64,000 nt of DNA, from NCBI GenBank assembly GCA_903813345.2, contig CAIIXF020000001.1, forward strand, positions 48,546,001 through 48,610,000, written 5' to 3'. The notes beneath the pieces are model-generated. The model made no database searches, was not told the DNA's origin, and saw only the letters and a list, made by a program, of their open reading frames with translations. The stretch is from Owenia fusiformis (taxonomy: Eukaryota). Shown piece by piece: positions 52,001 to 64,000 of the stretch. The first letter of the stretch is position 1. Each line of letters starts with the position of its first letter. The translations under genes and the position numbers were made by a program.

Positions 52001-55000
52001 TGACTGTGACTAGTGTAGACACGCTCTGAATTTTATAGTGATTGAAGATAAATTAAAGTAAATTGCCCACCCTTATCCAACATTGATAATTAAGGTAAAA
52101 TATTAGTTATAACAAGGAGAAAATCAGAAAATGACAAAATTTGATTTTATTCTCTGAAATTAAGTGTAATAATACTAATTTTCTTTCACGAAGGGTGCAA
52201 TTTCATAATTGGACTATTATTACAGGGATGTAGTTTATACGTCCATATGAACAATTTTATCGGGTAAATTTTACATAATTTTACAGTAACTGAATTACTT
52301 CTTGTAAACTACATATACTTTGGTACTAATTCATATAATTTAGAAAATATTTGAAATGCAAATAATAACTCGTGAAGTTGGTATTGAACAATTTTCTGAA
52401 ATGATACCATCAATACTATTGGCAGTGACAAGGCAATGAGAGAGCTTACGGGAAAATTGGATATCAACTATGAGAATCGACCTTCTCTGTATAAGCGGCA
52501 CAAATTAGAGTATAATGAGGGAATAAATTGCAAAAATTTATGATAATCTGACATGCAAGATCGTATGAGTATATCCAATAATTTTAATTTTCAAAAATCA
52601 GTTTTAAGAAGAGAGATGTAGAAAAACAAAAATACAAAGATATATGGGTGTCTGAATTTCCTCAAAGAACCTTCAAAGGAATAGGAGTGTTTTCAGTTGT
52701 ACTTGATTTATTCAGCTTCTCCGTTAGTAAGCGGGTGATAAACTGATAGCACGAATGTATCAATATACCTGCAATTTCAATAGCCAGTATTATCACTGTA
52801 TGCTTATTTGTAACTTGATTTAAAACAAAGGCAGTTTCGGACTGCCCACTTTGGTTGATTAGCTCTTCTAGAGTCGCCGTTGCGCCGTTGAGTAATTAAC
52901 CCTGTTGGCCACTACTTTCACCAGATGAGTCCGTTTGTATTATGTAATCTTATACAATGATCATTGAGCATTCTTAGATGACAGGCATTTTTAATCAATA
53001 AACGTGCCATATTGTGGAGCTGATATTCATATTCTTGCTGACCACGCGGTTCCAATGAGCTGTGAAACGGCGCAGGTGGTGTATCCCTCCGCGCTTGAGT
53101 GTTGATACAGTGTTTCCTCTTTTCCTTCCTTCGAGTTCAATTAATGTTTGTTTTCTACAGACATTACGATATGATTCTTTTTATATTTGGTCATTTGGGA
53201 ATGTTCAACACCAACCATCGATGAATGCCCCTACTGCGCGAGCGCAAATAGAATTCTTACAATTTCTGACACATCGCTGCGACACTCTTTAATAATGGTT
53301 CAATTAATCAAAAAGAGCATCACATTTTTAAAAGTCTTGGAGATCAAATGATAGGCATTATGTGGGTAAATGAAGCCGTAAACGGTATTTTAGCTTAAGT
53401 ATCGTACACACGACACCAATATCAAAAAATTGATAAAAGATATTGCCCATTAAGTTGGGGCACGAGAGTAAGGAGTCACTGAGTAATCTATTCTTTCTTT
53501 GAGATCGGTTTTGTAGTAAATTATGGGGTTTGTGATCTCATTCAATTGATGTGCCCTAATAATGAAAAAAGCTGTGAATTTGCAAACATATTATCCTACC
53601 TGAATGACAGGTGATATTTGCATTATTGCATATAGTGTAAAAAATTAATATCCTTATATAAGGGTCATTATATTTATTTCCAAAACTACTTCTTTGTGTA
53701 ATAATTTGACTAAATCGTACACTGTTATTGCTCATGTGGTTTTGGCTGAAATATTATGATGAAATAGGACAAACTATTGAACTTGACAGTGAATTGAAAA
53801 TTAGCTTGATTAATTCATTTTTCATTATACCATAATATGAAATACTTTTCAAAAACCAGCATATATAGGTAGGGCCAACACCAGCATAACCATTTGTGCT
53901 ATGTGTATTCATAGTAGTCATGGTTTACTCGTTAGTGGTCCCGTTAGATAGACAAGCTTATGTAAGCCATGGCAAAAGTTGCTCAAGACACTGCGTAACG
54001 ACATGGTCGCATCGCAGGGAAGCCTGCGCCTTTGTAAAAAGTGCCATAACATTAGCGAAACGTTTTACACTAGACTTGACAATTAAAATCGTTAATGGAT
54101 GGGAAGTGCAGGCCATAACGCTTGAAAATCTCCCGTTATTCTTATTTGTTGGTCTGTTTTGAACCCAACCTGTGCCACAGTCGGTCTTGGCAACCTAAAT
54201 GGCATAACTTCAAAATTATATTTTACTCAAATGTTTCCCCGAACTTGTAAGTCTACCATCTCGGCCTCAATGGTATGTTTATTACACTTATACATTGACA
54301 GTCCCTGAAATGTGTTACTGTTGATCATCGCGCGCTGTTGACCATTAAAAACCCAAAATGCACGTATAGTTTATTAACCCTAGTAGTAAATCTTGCATTG
54401 TTTCAAAATATGTTCTGGTTTTACGTCACGGTTCTCCATGCGCCAACGTGCATGTAGTAGTGGAACTTCGCTTATTAAGATTTAATATTCATCTCTATTG
54501 TGTTTTGTTAATATTTGCGTATAATTGGTTTCGCTGCTTTGGTCGCACGTCATTTTACATAAGTTACTTTTGCAGATAACTTCTGATCATTCAATAGAAA
54601 CTTGTCAAAATCCGTCATATTCGCTTCAAGAAATGACTACAGTTTATAATAACTAAATGGTTGTTACAAAGCGTGTATCTCCCTGCGAAATGATTGCTGT
54701 CGTGTGTCGCATCTCTACTCTTATACGGATCAGCTCATGAGATAATGATATAATGATAATGTCTATATTTTGAGAATATCTACTCTGTTTGCATTATGAG
54801 CATATTGAATTTTGATTGCTGTAATTATGCAGTTTCGACATGAAATGTATACTGTTCAGTCAAACGATGATTTGAAATGATAAAATTGGATTTGTTGAAT
54901 TTCGCTTTCTTTTTTTATGAATTGGTAATAAGACCCCATGATTGACTAAAGGAGGAAAGCAATTATCATATTCAAGAGCCCTCAATCTATGGGTGACTTT

Positions 55001-57034
55001 ATACTAATTATAAACAACATTTTCAATTAATGCGACACTCAAAGGGCATTTTGGCTAAATCAATGGATTACTTCTGAACATCAATGAAAGATTATAATCG
55101 TCAGATCCGAATTACAACAACACAATTAGATATTGCGACAACCAAGACTTCATTGAACTCTGGTAATTTTATGAGAATTGGAATATTGGAAGAAATATAA
55201 TACTTTGGAATACTCTAAAGCTTTAATCTGAAATCTCAGCGATCTTCGTACAATAGCACTTGTGAAGTTGACAAAGCTAATGGTATAAAACTCCAGAAAC
55301 AATACGGCCCTAAGACAAATGATAGGCAAAGAGGCACATGTGTCAAATCTCTGAAAAATTGCCGACTATTGAATTTGGTTTGAATCCAGTGTCAGAATTG
55401 ACAGGAACTCAAATGATTTGAATTCTCTGTAACTTTATCTTCTTTCAATCAAATAATGTTCATGCTTCATAAAGACATCCTCGCTATATTCTTCGACAGA
55501 GGTCAGAGGCTTCCATTCACAATTCATGGCTCTCCTATACAGTGGAATCTGAAAATTTGTAATATGAGACTTTTCGCTTTCAGCAAAGTTTTAATGCCTA
55601 AAGAAAAACGAGATGATAAATCTCGATAAGGATCACTATTAATTTAGTACAACGGCAATATTTTGTGGTAACTTGCTGACAAAATGTTCGGTGAATGTTA
55701 ATGTTCCGTTGTATATTGAAAGATTCGAACTCACTTTACCTCACAATCATGTTCTCTTTAAAATTTCATAGAATAAATTTGGTATGTGTGCTACTTAAGA
55801 GTGATATTAATAGCATGATTTATATGGATCGGTTGACCTAATTTTTAAGGAGAACCATAAACTGGGAATTTAATCTCCATGATGCACCGATGATAAACTG
55901 TTAATCTTTTGTTACACACAAAATTGAAAACCTGTGATTAAACTTTAATCTGGGAAAATTTTGGTCGTTTGGTGATGTTCTACCACCTGCTATGTTGTGT
56001 AGTTTTAAATTATTAATGCAATATGTCGCTTCCAATCATATATACGACTGTCATATGTGACATTTATGAAATCAGTTATAGTTTTATCGGTGAACCTGTT
56101 TAAAGATAAATCTGTGGCAACCCATTAAGTGTCATCTCTATTGTTATAGAGTCTTCCAGTCCATCATTACGTCTATTTTCTGCGTCTGTGTCGTAGTCAC
56201 TAAGATGATGTGATTTCAAAGGTCAATAGTTACATAACTTTACAGTTATCTCTAAGTTTAATGTAATTTTTGCTTCACGCGTAAGAGAGAATGATAAAAA
56301 TCAGTTATGTTATTTTGCATGTCTTATTTTCAAACTTTTTTGATGAGTTTTTTTCAGTGCATGTATACATGTTTATGACTAGAAATTAATATGAATACAG
56401 ATAGACCAATATAGTAGATGTCCAGGAGCAATCTAGATCAGATCTATCAGCTTTAATGGGGAAAGTTGTTGATGAATTATAATTAGAGAATGACACTGAC
56501 ATATAACGTTGGGGAAGGTCAAACCCCATAAACCATAGAAATGTGAACTGTACACGACAGTTATTATGTTGATATTAAGTATATGTTGATATGTGTTTTC
56601 AGGTAAAAATTTGGTTCCAGAACCGACGATCCAAATACAAGAAAATCATGAAGCACAATCCCAATGGGACCATATCAATGTCCCCACCTCATCCCGGTTC
56701 CGGGGGTAACCCTATGTCCAACGGCGGGGAGCCAATGACACCACCCCCTATGTCGCAGCCTCCACAGTCAGTGTCTCCCCCAACGCCACATTCTCAGCAC
56801 AACGGACAGACCACGGTGCCAGGAACCGTGCAAACAAATAATATGATGGGACAGCAAAATGTGCATCAGCACCCTGATGATTCGGTCACACCCCCCTCAT
56901 CGTGGGCCGAGATTCACAGTAGTGCCGCACACACGCCCTCTATGTCTATGCCACCCGGCAACTATATGTCGCAGTACCCCTGGTACTCGCACACAGCCGC
57001 AAACCCCGTGCAGCAGCAGCAAATACTAACTTAA
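49040..57034 (+). CDS. Dlx: Distal-less/Dlx homeobox transcription factor, complete, 298 aa
   Basis: Exons 49040-49322, 51092-51273 and 56603-57034 in phase. N-terminal SKSAFME motif; [65 protein letters not shown] with the canonical TQ|VK intron. Confidence 0.97.
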
Positions 57035-60000
57035 CACAGCAACAAACAATCAAATATTGTACAAAATAGTCATCAAAGCAGTGTCGTCATGAACTGTGCA
57101 GTGCTCCGTAAAAACGTCACGGGGACGTCGTCCGTATCGTGCGACAATAAACGTGAACTGCAGTGACGTACGTCGCAAATCTCAGAGTCAGTGCAATCAG
57201 CTCAGGAAGAAGTCTTGAGTCGGGGTGACCCGCTTAGTATACGACCCGATCCTCGGGTCAGATGACAGTCTCTCAAAGGCCACATCCAATAAAAACACAT
57301 GTGTTTGAATACTTTGCAGATATTTGTGATTTTTAAAATATACCTAATATGAGTTGATAAGCTAGCAAAGCAAATATATACCTTTAATTTATTTATAATG
57401 TTGGAATTATGTCAGTGGGTAATATAAGGTATATTTTGAACATCACAAATTATGTGTCAAATTAAGTACAATGTAGACAACATATTTTCTACACTCACAT
57501 GATCTGTTGTACATAATGTAAATACAGAAGTTAAAGCAATGACCAGAGAATCATAAGTAAATTATCAGTATGAAAAATCGCCATCATAATAAGTGACCAC
57601 CGTACACTAATAATAATATAACTATCCATTGATAATATTAGTCTCAAATGCAACTTACATTGAAACTTTCTACCAGCATATGCTAATTGATAGTTTGGTT
57701 ATTAGCTTTGGATATACACGGTATCATATATCATGGGGGTATTCCGCGTGATATCTACTGTGATGTCACCGTTACATAACATTACATCATATGACATGCC
57801 CATCAGCCAAAAATCTCCGGGTTATTTTTTATCGGTGTATATTGTTGTATACACTTGGCCAGCTTTGATATTAGTTTTCATAACCGACTTGTTAGGATGG
57901 CAAATTGTCAAACTTTACTTTAATTTATTAATACTAAAGTATACCTTGTATATAGCTATTGTTTATATAGTTCGATATATAATTACTATCAGTTTATATT
58001 TGAGACATCATTTTACAAACTCTTGAACGTATTCAGTATAGAATGTAATTTTAAGGGAAACATGTTGAAATACATTCTTAGACTTTTAGTGATCGTCAAC
58101 TTTCCCATTGTCAAAATGTAATTTTGTATTTTGTACAAGCTATTTTGGAATAATTTAATAGGTATGGAATTAGGCTATTACATACATATCTGTTCACAAC
58201 TTTTGAATTTTAAAGCAGTTTCAGTGTAATTTTTAATAATTGATTTGCAGGGACTTGAAACTATTGTATCAATACTCGCTATTTCAACTTTCAATTTCTC
58301 AATACTCAAGCTTACGGCTTCCATTAAGCATGACGAGATTGGGAATATAACTAATATAGGGTGTAATGTGTGACTTGATTATATATAATTAGCTACACGT
58401 ATCACCTTTCAGAATCTCTCCACATACAAAACTGTTCTTTACTTAAGCCACAATTTTGTAATTTTGCTCGTGTACAAAATGAATTAACTTTTTATAGTTC
58501 AAGTAAATTGAGAGCTTACATTTTACCTAAACGTTTATTTATCTGTTTGTATTCCTTTAGAATTAATTGATGTACCGGGGTATGAAAACCGTTCTGCTAT
58601 CTAACGAAAGTATATGCGTACCAGGCTACGCCGATGATGAGCTTGTAAAGCATATTTATCACCTTCTGGAGCAGTAGTTTCTCTTTGTCGAGCTCGAGGG
58701 GCGGACAGGTTTTATAAAGTGTTGTCATAAAGAGAATTTTCCAAAAAAGAAAACAAAATTAACATAAACTTACGTTCCCGATCGTGCTATGCCTTAAGTG
58801 TACAATGACAATGGCGATGAATTAAAAAAATGTTAGAACTTTCAAAATCTATGTTAATTTATTGTAATTTAAATGTGGTTGTTGTTCAGAGAGAAAAGCA
58901 GCGTGATTTATAGATGGTATCTATCAAGATCTGATGAGTCAATCGTTGTATCAGGTACCTTCCACAGTCTCACTGGGTCTCATTCTACGCTCCGTTGCAC
59001 CTGAAAACACTATTCTCGTATCATTAGAAAAATGACAACCCTAGCTATATATTTTAAGAGCTCTCCTTTGTGAATTGCTTTATTCAAAATGTTCTGTACA
59101 CAATTGTCACAAAGTGGGCTGGACTTTTAGATTTATATGTTCATTTTGGTTTTATGGTTGATAAAATGTAATCTCGATCAAGGTGTTCGACATACTATGG
59201 TTTTAAAGATACAAAATGGGTAAATAGTAATACCCGAGGTTTTAGTTACAAAAACAACTTTAATGTTCATTATTGTCATGTTAAAGAGTAATGTTTCATG
59301 GTAACCGTGGTGCGGTTTCCATGGTAACAGAAAAACAGTGTAGCAACATAATCCAAATACATGTAATTTCTCATTCCACAAGTCTTGTATACTGTGCATT
59401 ATGATGCAATAGCAATATTAGACCTCATATGAAGGATGTATTTATACGAGTTATCTTACTTTTGTATATTTTCTACTTAGGACAAACTAAGTAACTATGG
59501 TAACAGTAATCAAACTTTATATATTTTTTATGTTTCATGAAGAATTTTTCAAGAGTTATACACGTTTCAGAGAGCAAAGGATATAAATAAATGTAAAAAT
59601 GACTTTATATTGATGTTAAAACTTTGTATCTTGTTACATCGTAGAAAGCTATCAATTATAGCCAGAACTCGGGAAGTGAATTAGCTGGGAAATGATCGAT
59701 ACGAAATTACTACAATTATATTCCTGAACATTCCCATTGGCTCATCCTATCGCAACCTGTTATTTAGCTATCATTAGCTTCTTGATTGAGACTTCGCTTC
59801 TCTATATAAAACTTATTGAATTTTGTACTAAATTATAGTTAATAACTCTAGCTACTTTTATCTTTCCTGTTGAAACATAAATTGTCCTCTTCAACGACAG
59901 AGTCAGACACTCGTTGCATTCTGATGTTTTCATGGATAAACATGTCTGCAAGTACAGAATGCTGGGATAATGAGCTATTATTTTTTTGAATAATAGTTGA

Positions 60001-61329
60001 TCAGCAATTTTTGTCACCCCAAGGAAACCGGAAAGCAACAGAAGAAAATCCACTTGAAACCTTCTAGGAGAATCGATATGATCAATCGTGGCAGTTGCCC
60101 AATCGATAGCCATTGCCTATGTCCGCATTGTTATCAGTTTATAGCCATTGAATAATTATTAAGATTTTTTTGAAAGCAACTTCACAAAGAGTTTTCTTTA
60201 CAATAATTGTTATGCTCTCACAAGCTTAAAATAATCGTCTTAGTTACAAAAACACCATGTCCGTCTGTATAATATGGCTTTACCCATGAGACTTTATTAT
60301 CTCGAGTACAAATGAAAAAAAAAAAACAGAAATATGATGACGTAATTCAATCGATTCCCACCCCCTATGTTACAATATGCAAATATAACCCATAGCAATG
60401 ATGATATGATTAACATGACACGAGAAATTAGATGCTCAGGAAACTAGAAATTCATGTTCAAGTTTCATCAGTTTTACCCCAATTCCAATACCAATACTTC
60501 AACTTTGAAAAAGTCGCAAAAATGATGTTCGGTGTGTAATATTGCACATGTTTAAACATTAGAATATGATAGCTCCTCTGGAAAAACTGATATGTTTATT
60601 CTATTTTTTTTTGCTAAGTGTTAACATAATGCTTGATACACCTAATGACATATCATCGGTTGAAAATAACTATTATCTATCATACTTACAATTCACTGAT
60701 GATAGGTTTAATAAAACTTTTATTTTTTGAAATGCATTTATAACGCCTAATGTGATTTCAAATCAAACCATTTCATAAAAAGCAGGTAATTTGTTTGTCG
60801 TATAACCGAAATAACGTGATAAATACGTGTCAATAAATTGGAGTTTATTTGTTTGTTTATTTATCAAATTAAATAAATTACTATTTTACTTTGCTAATGT
60901 CTATATTTGTAACCGTAAAAACATACTTGTCATCATTTATCGTTGTAATCATGTCTACAACGAGTACACACTCTAATTCCTCCCTCCTGTTGGGTATGAA
61001 CAAATTAATAAACTCTGCACTCTTTCTATAAATGAATACTAAAGAAAAAAATGTGCAAAAAGCGAGTTGTAAATAAAAAGTAAACGTGTAAAGACAATTG
61101 TCATTTGAGTCTTTTGATTGACACTATTATTAAAGTGGAGACGTTGAGATGAAAAATTTATATAAAACATCCAGATCGGATAGATGCACGCACATCTCAG
61201 ACCAAATCTGTCAAAAATACATTCTCAAATTTTCTTATTCAGCTTTCTTTTCAAAGTACTATCAATTAAAATTTTGCTAGGTAATTCGATATACTACATG
61301 CAAGACGTCCTGGGTTTCTGGCTCAAAGG

Positions 61330-62340
61330 ACTGGAAGTCGTGGATCAACTCGCTATTATCTCACAATAACACATCCTAACAGGCAAAAACCTCCTTCGTC
61401 TGGGTCTCTACTAGTTAAGATATAGAATGTATAAACCATCTACCTCCAAGAGTTCAGTAACGGATAACTCACGAATTTGTTATTCGTCCCAAAAATAAAA
61501 CACTTCGAAAATCCTATAAAAAAGCCTATAAAATATGACCATGTCTATGTGTCCTGAGACTGTTGAGAGAGGGGGCGGAGGACTATTCAACCAGTGAAGC
61601 AATATTTCTTCGCTCCTTGACAGATAGCTCCTTATATTCAGTGGCACCATATCCCCACCATATCCTTTTAATGGTTCAAAAGGGGTCCACCTATTGCAAA
61701 TATAAAGCTCAGAATTATTGAACCTCAGATATATAATTCAACGTGTTGAACAAGCCCTCTGGCAAAGGGGCAGTATGGTTTCTAAGAGAGGTTTTGGGCG
61801 AGCAGGTTCTCATATAAACATATATCTTGTTCAGCCATATCAGACACCACGGAGCCGGGACGTCGAGGGGTCTGCAGTTATTGTTATTTCCCCCGAGCTT
61901 TCTCCACCCTTTGCGTGACCAGGACAACTCAGTATTGTCTGACCATATTGTCTAGCGCTCCATTAACTTTGTACTAGGCCGCTGTGAGCCTTGGTGCCTT
62001 CTCGTCGGGTGTCCCAGATACAATGTTTTCCCTTTCAGCTGCCCCAGCAGTTTGGTCAACCCACCCAGCCACACTGACCAGTACAGGGACACCGGCTTCA
62101 TACCCGCTGGAACAGAAACAATCGAAATCCCCCGTATTATCAAAACCTAACCAGAGGGGGGCGTTTGTTGGAGACTGGTGTGAGTTCTCAAGTAGGTTTA
62201 CATTCTTTCAGGGTCTTGCGGCATCTTTCAAAATGAGCAGTTTCGTACAAAATGGCAGGACTGGGAATGATAAAGCAACACCTTATTCTCACCATATCAG
62301 TCGGATTCCCATGGAATGATAGAACTAATAAACAACGATG
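61330..62340 (-). mobile_element. Possible degenerate 5' fragment of a CR1/L2-type LINE
   Basis: GC-richer block; broken minus-strand frames read MVPLNIRSYLSRSEEI...HIDMV...LEVDG...RDPDEGGF, resembling an APE-endonuclease N-terminus. Stops and frameshifts present. Confidence 0.3.
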
Positions 62341-63643
62341 CGCTCTGTGAGCGTTGTGAGTGTATACCTTTAAACAATGGCAAACACGACAATCAGTCAG
62401 TATATATTCAAAAGTTTAGATCATTTTCATGCAATACTGTTTGGTACCTCTTTGAACCCGGAAAATAGCCCCTCGATCGGAAAGTATAAATAGAAAGCGT
62501 TTGAATATTTAGATACCGTAGTTCCCATCTGCCGCATGATGTTATCGCAGGCATGCAGTTACCCTTCTAGCATCAAACTGGTGAATTTTTCCCCGGGCAG
62601 ATTAGTTGATATGAGTAACCTAAGAGAAAAACTAATGTACTTTTTCAACACCTGCAATATCATAATGTCCAAAAACATTAATTTGTCGTTTGGACTGGGA
62701 ATAGGGTTTTGTGGATCAGTCGATTCAACTTCACGATAATCCGAAAAAAAGCACAAATAGCAACAATCAAAACGACCATTGTCAATACAGATGCGGTCTA
62801 TGGTCACAGAAATCTGTCGAGGTCACTAATAAATTAATTATATTTTTAGATCAAAGAAATAAAATGAATGTCACTAACACGTTGAGTTGAACCTAACAGC
62901 AAATGGTTAATTACGTAAGAAAATATGGCTGCCAATTAAGTTGGCCACAACCCAAATTACCCACTGTCTGATATTTTTGTCTCCAAAAGTGACGTGCGTG
63001 GAGGTAAATCTACATAGGGGGTCTAGTGCTGTATAAATACATGTTTGTTTTTATCATGCAATGTTGCTTTTTAGTGTGATGCATGGAAATATATTATTTA
63101 AATTCCAGCTAGGTTGTACGTGCGCGGTGAAACTGCAACAATTTTGAAAGAAATCCAAAATATCTTATTCAACTTGTTCATTTACATTCGAGTTGAAAAT
63201 GCTATAGTTGAACTTACATTTAACCATATATTTACCTATAAATGATTCTTCAGTCTGTCTGTCTGTCTGTCTTGTCTTTGAATTGCAAGGCAAACATTGG
63301 CCAGTATACATAGTTGCGATGTAGAATTTGAATTGTGCATTCAAACAGGAATTCAAATATCCGTGTTTAATTTATTAGTTTGTTCCTGCCATTGAACAAA
63401 AAGAATTAATTACCATCTTCAATAACCCGATAGAAAATAGAAAATTATCAATACTTTGGGCCTTTCACGTAAATAGAGTAAAACTAACCATGATTCAGGG
63501 AGAGAAGAGATTGCATGGTTCACTTATTCTTGTAGAGAGAAATTGCATGACCAGGTCATAATCTAAAGCGTAGCCGAGTACTAGATTGATAAACAGACCT
63601 TACTTGTTTAAACTGCGTTTAGAATTTGAATGCTAAATAATAT

Positions 63644-64000
63644 TTATGAAAATCGTCCTCTGCGTTGTGGACGCATACTAGCCGGAAGTAGATCATCGAT
63701 GGACTTGCGCTTTTCTAGCCGCTGTTCCATCTGGATCAGGGTATTCACGCCATCTATTACTAACTGGCATAGCTCAACTTCACTCACTCCAAGTCTGTCG
63801 GAGTTTGATATATCAAATATACCATTTGTGGATTGGGTGTCGACACCACCGGTACCGCGTTTCTGTAGCTTCATGCAATCTAGGATTTTGTCAAAGCGAG
63901 GATCCTTGCCTACATTTGGAAGCTTGATGTGAACACTAGCTCTCAGGCCAGTACCGAGGTTACTAGGGCATGTCAAGATGTAGCCTAGATGATCACTATG
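63644..64000 (-). CDS. Phosphagen kinase, creatine-kinase type, 3' end (truncated by the window edge)
   Basis: [21 protein letters not shown] active-site motif, [11 protein letters not shown] loop and [10 protein letters not shown]; frame open to the window end. Confidence 0.92.
   Translation of the reverse strand, partial: HSDHLGYILTCPSNLGTGLRASVHIKLPNVGKDPRFDKILDCMKLQKRGTGGVDTQSTNGIFDISNSDRLGVSEVELCQLVIDGVNTLIQMEQRLEKRKSIDDLLPASMRPQRRGRFS

Noticed and set aside
62559..62807. 82-aa minus-strand ORF downstream of the kinase
   Set aside because: No recognisable motif and no supportable gene model.

Overview
AT-rich, intron-containing invertebrate nuclear DNA. It is probably a marine lophotrochozoan, and a creatine-kinase-type phosphagen kinase fits an annelid (inference). 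Gene models were built by hand from GT-AG junctions and phase checks. Left to right: (1) the 5' part of a clan-2 cytochrome P450 (-); (2) the last four coding exons of OPA1 (+), whose last intron contains (3) an antisense gene for a 190-aa secreted coiled-coil/Cys-rich protein that I do not recognise; (4) a two-exon, 757-aa prepropeptide (-) with a signal peptide and 32 KR-preceded FLGSALNA-type peptides, the best candidate for an undescribed peptide system; (5) a complete 23-exon Neurexin IV/Caspr gene (-), divergent from (6) a complete 3-exon Dlx gene (+); (7) the 3' end of a creatine-kinase-like gene (-). The left two-thirds carries many MITEs, Helentron-type elements and minisatellites. 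One minisatellite has multiplied an OPA1 splice donor. Family assignments come from recalled motifs, not database searches.
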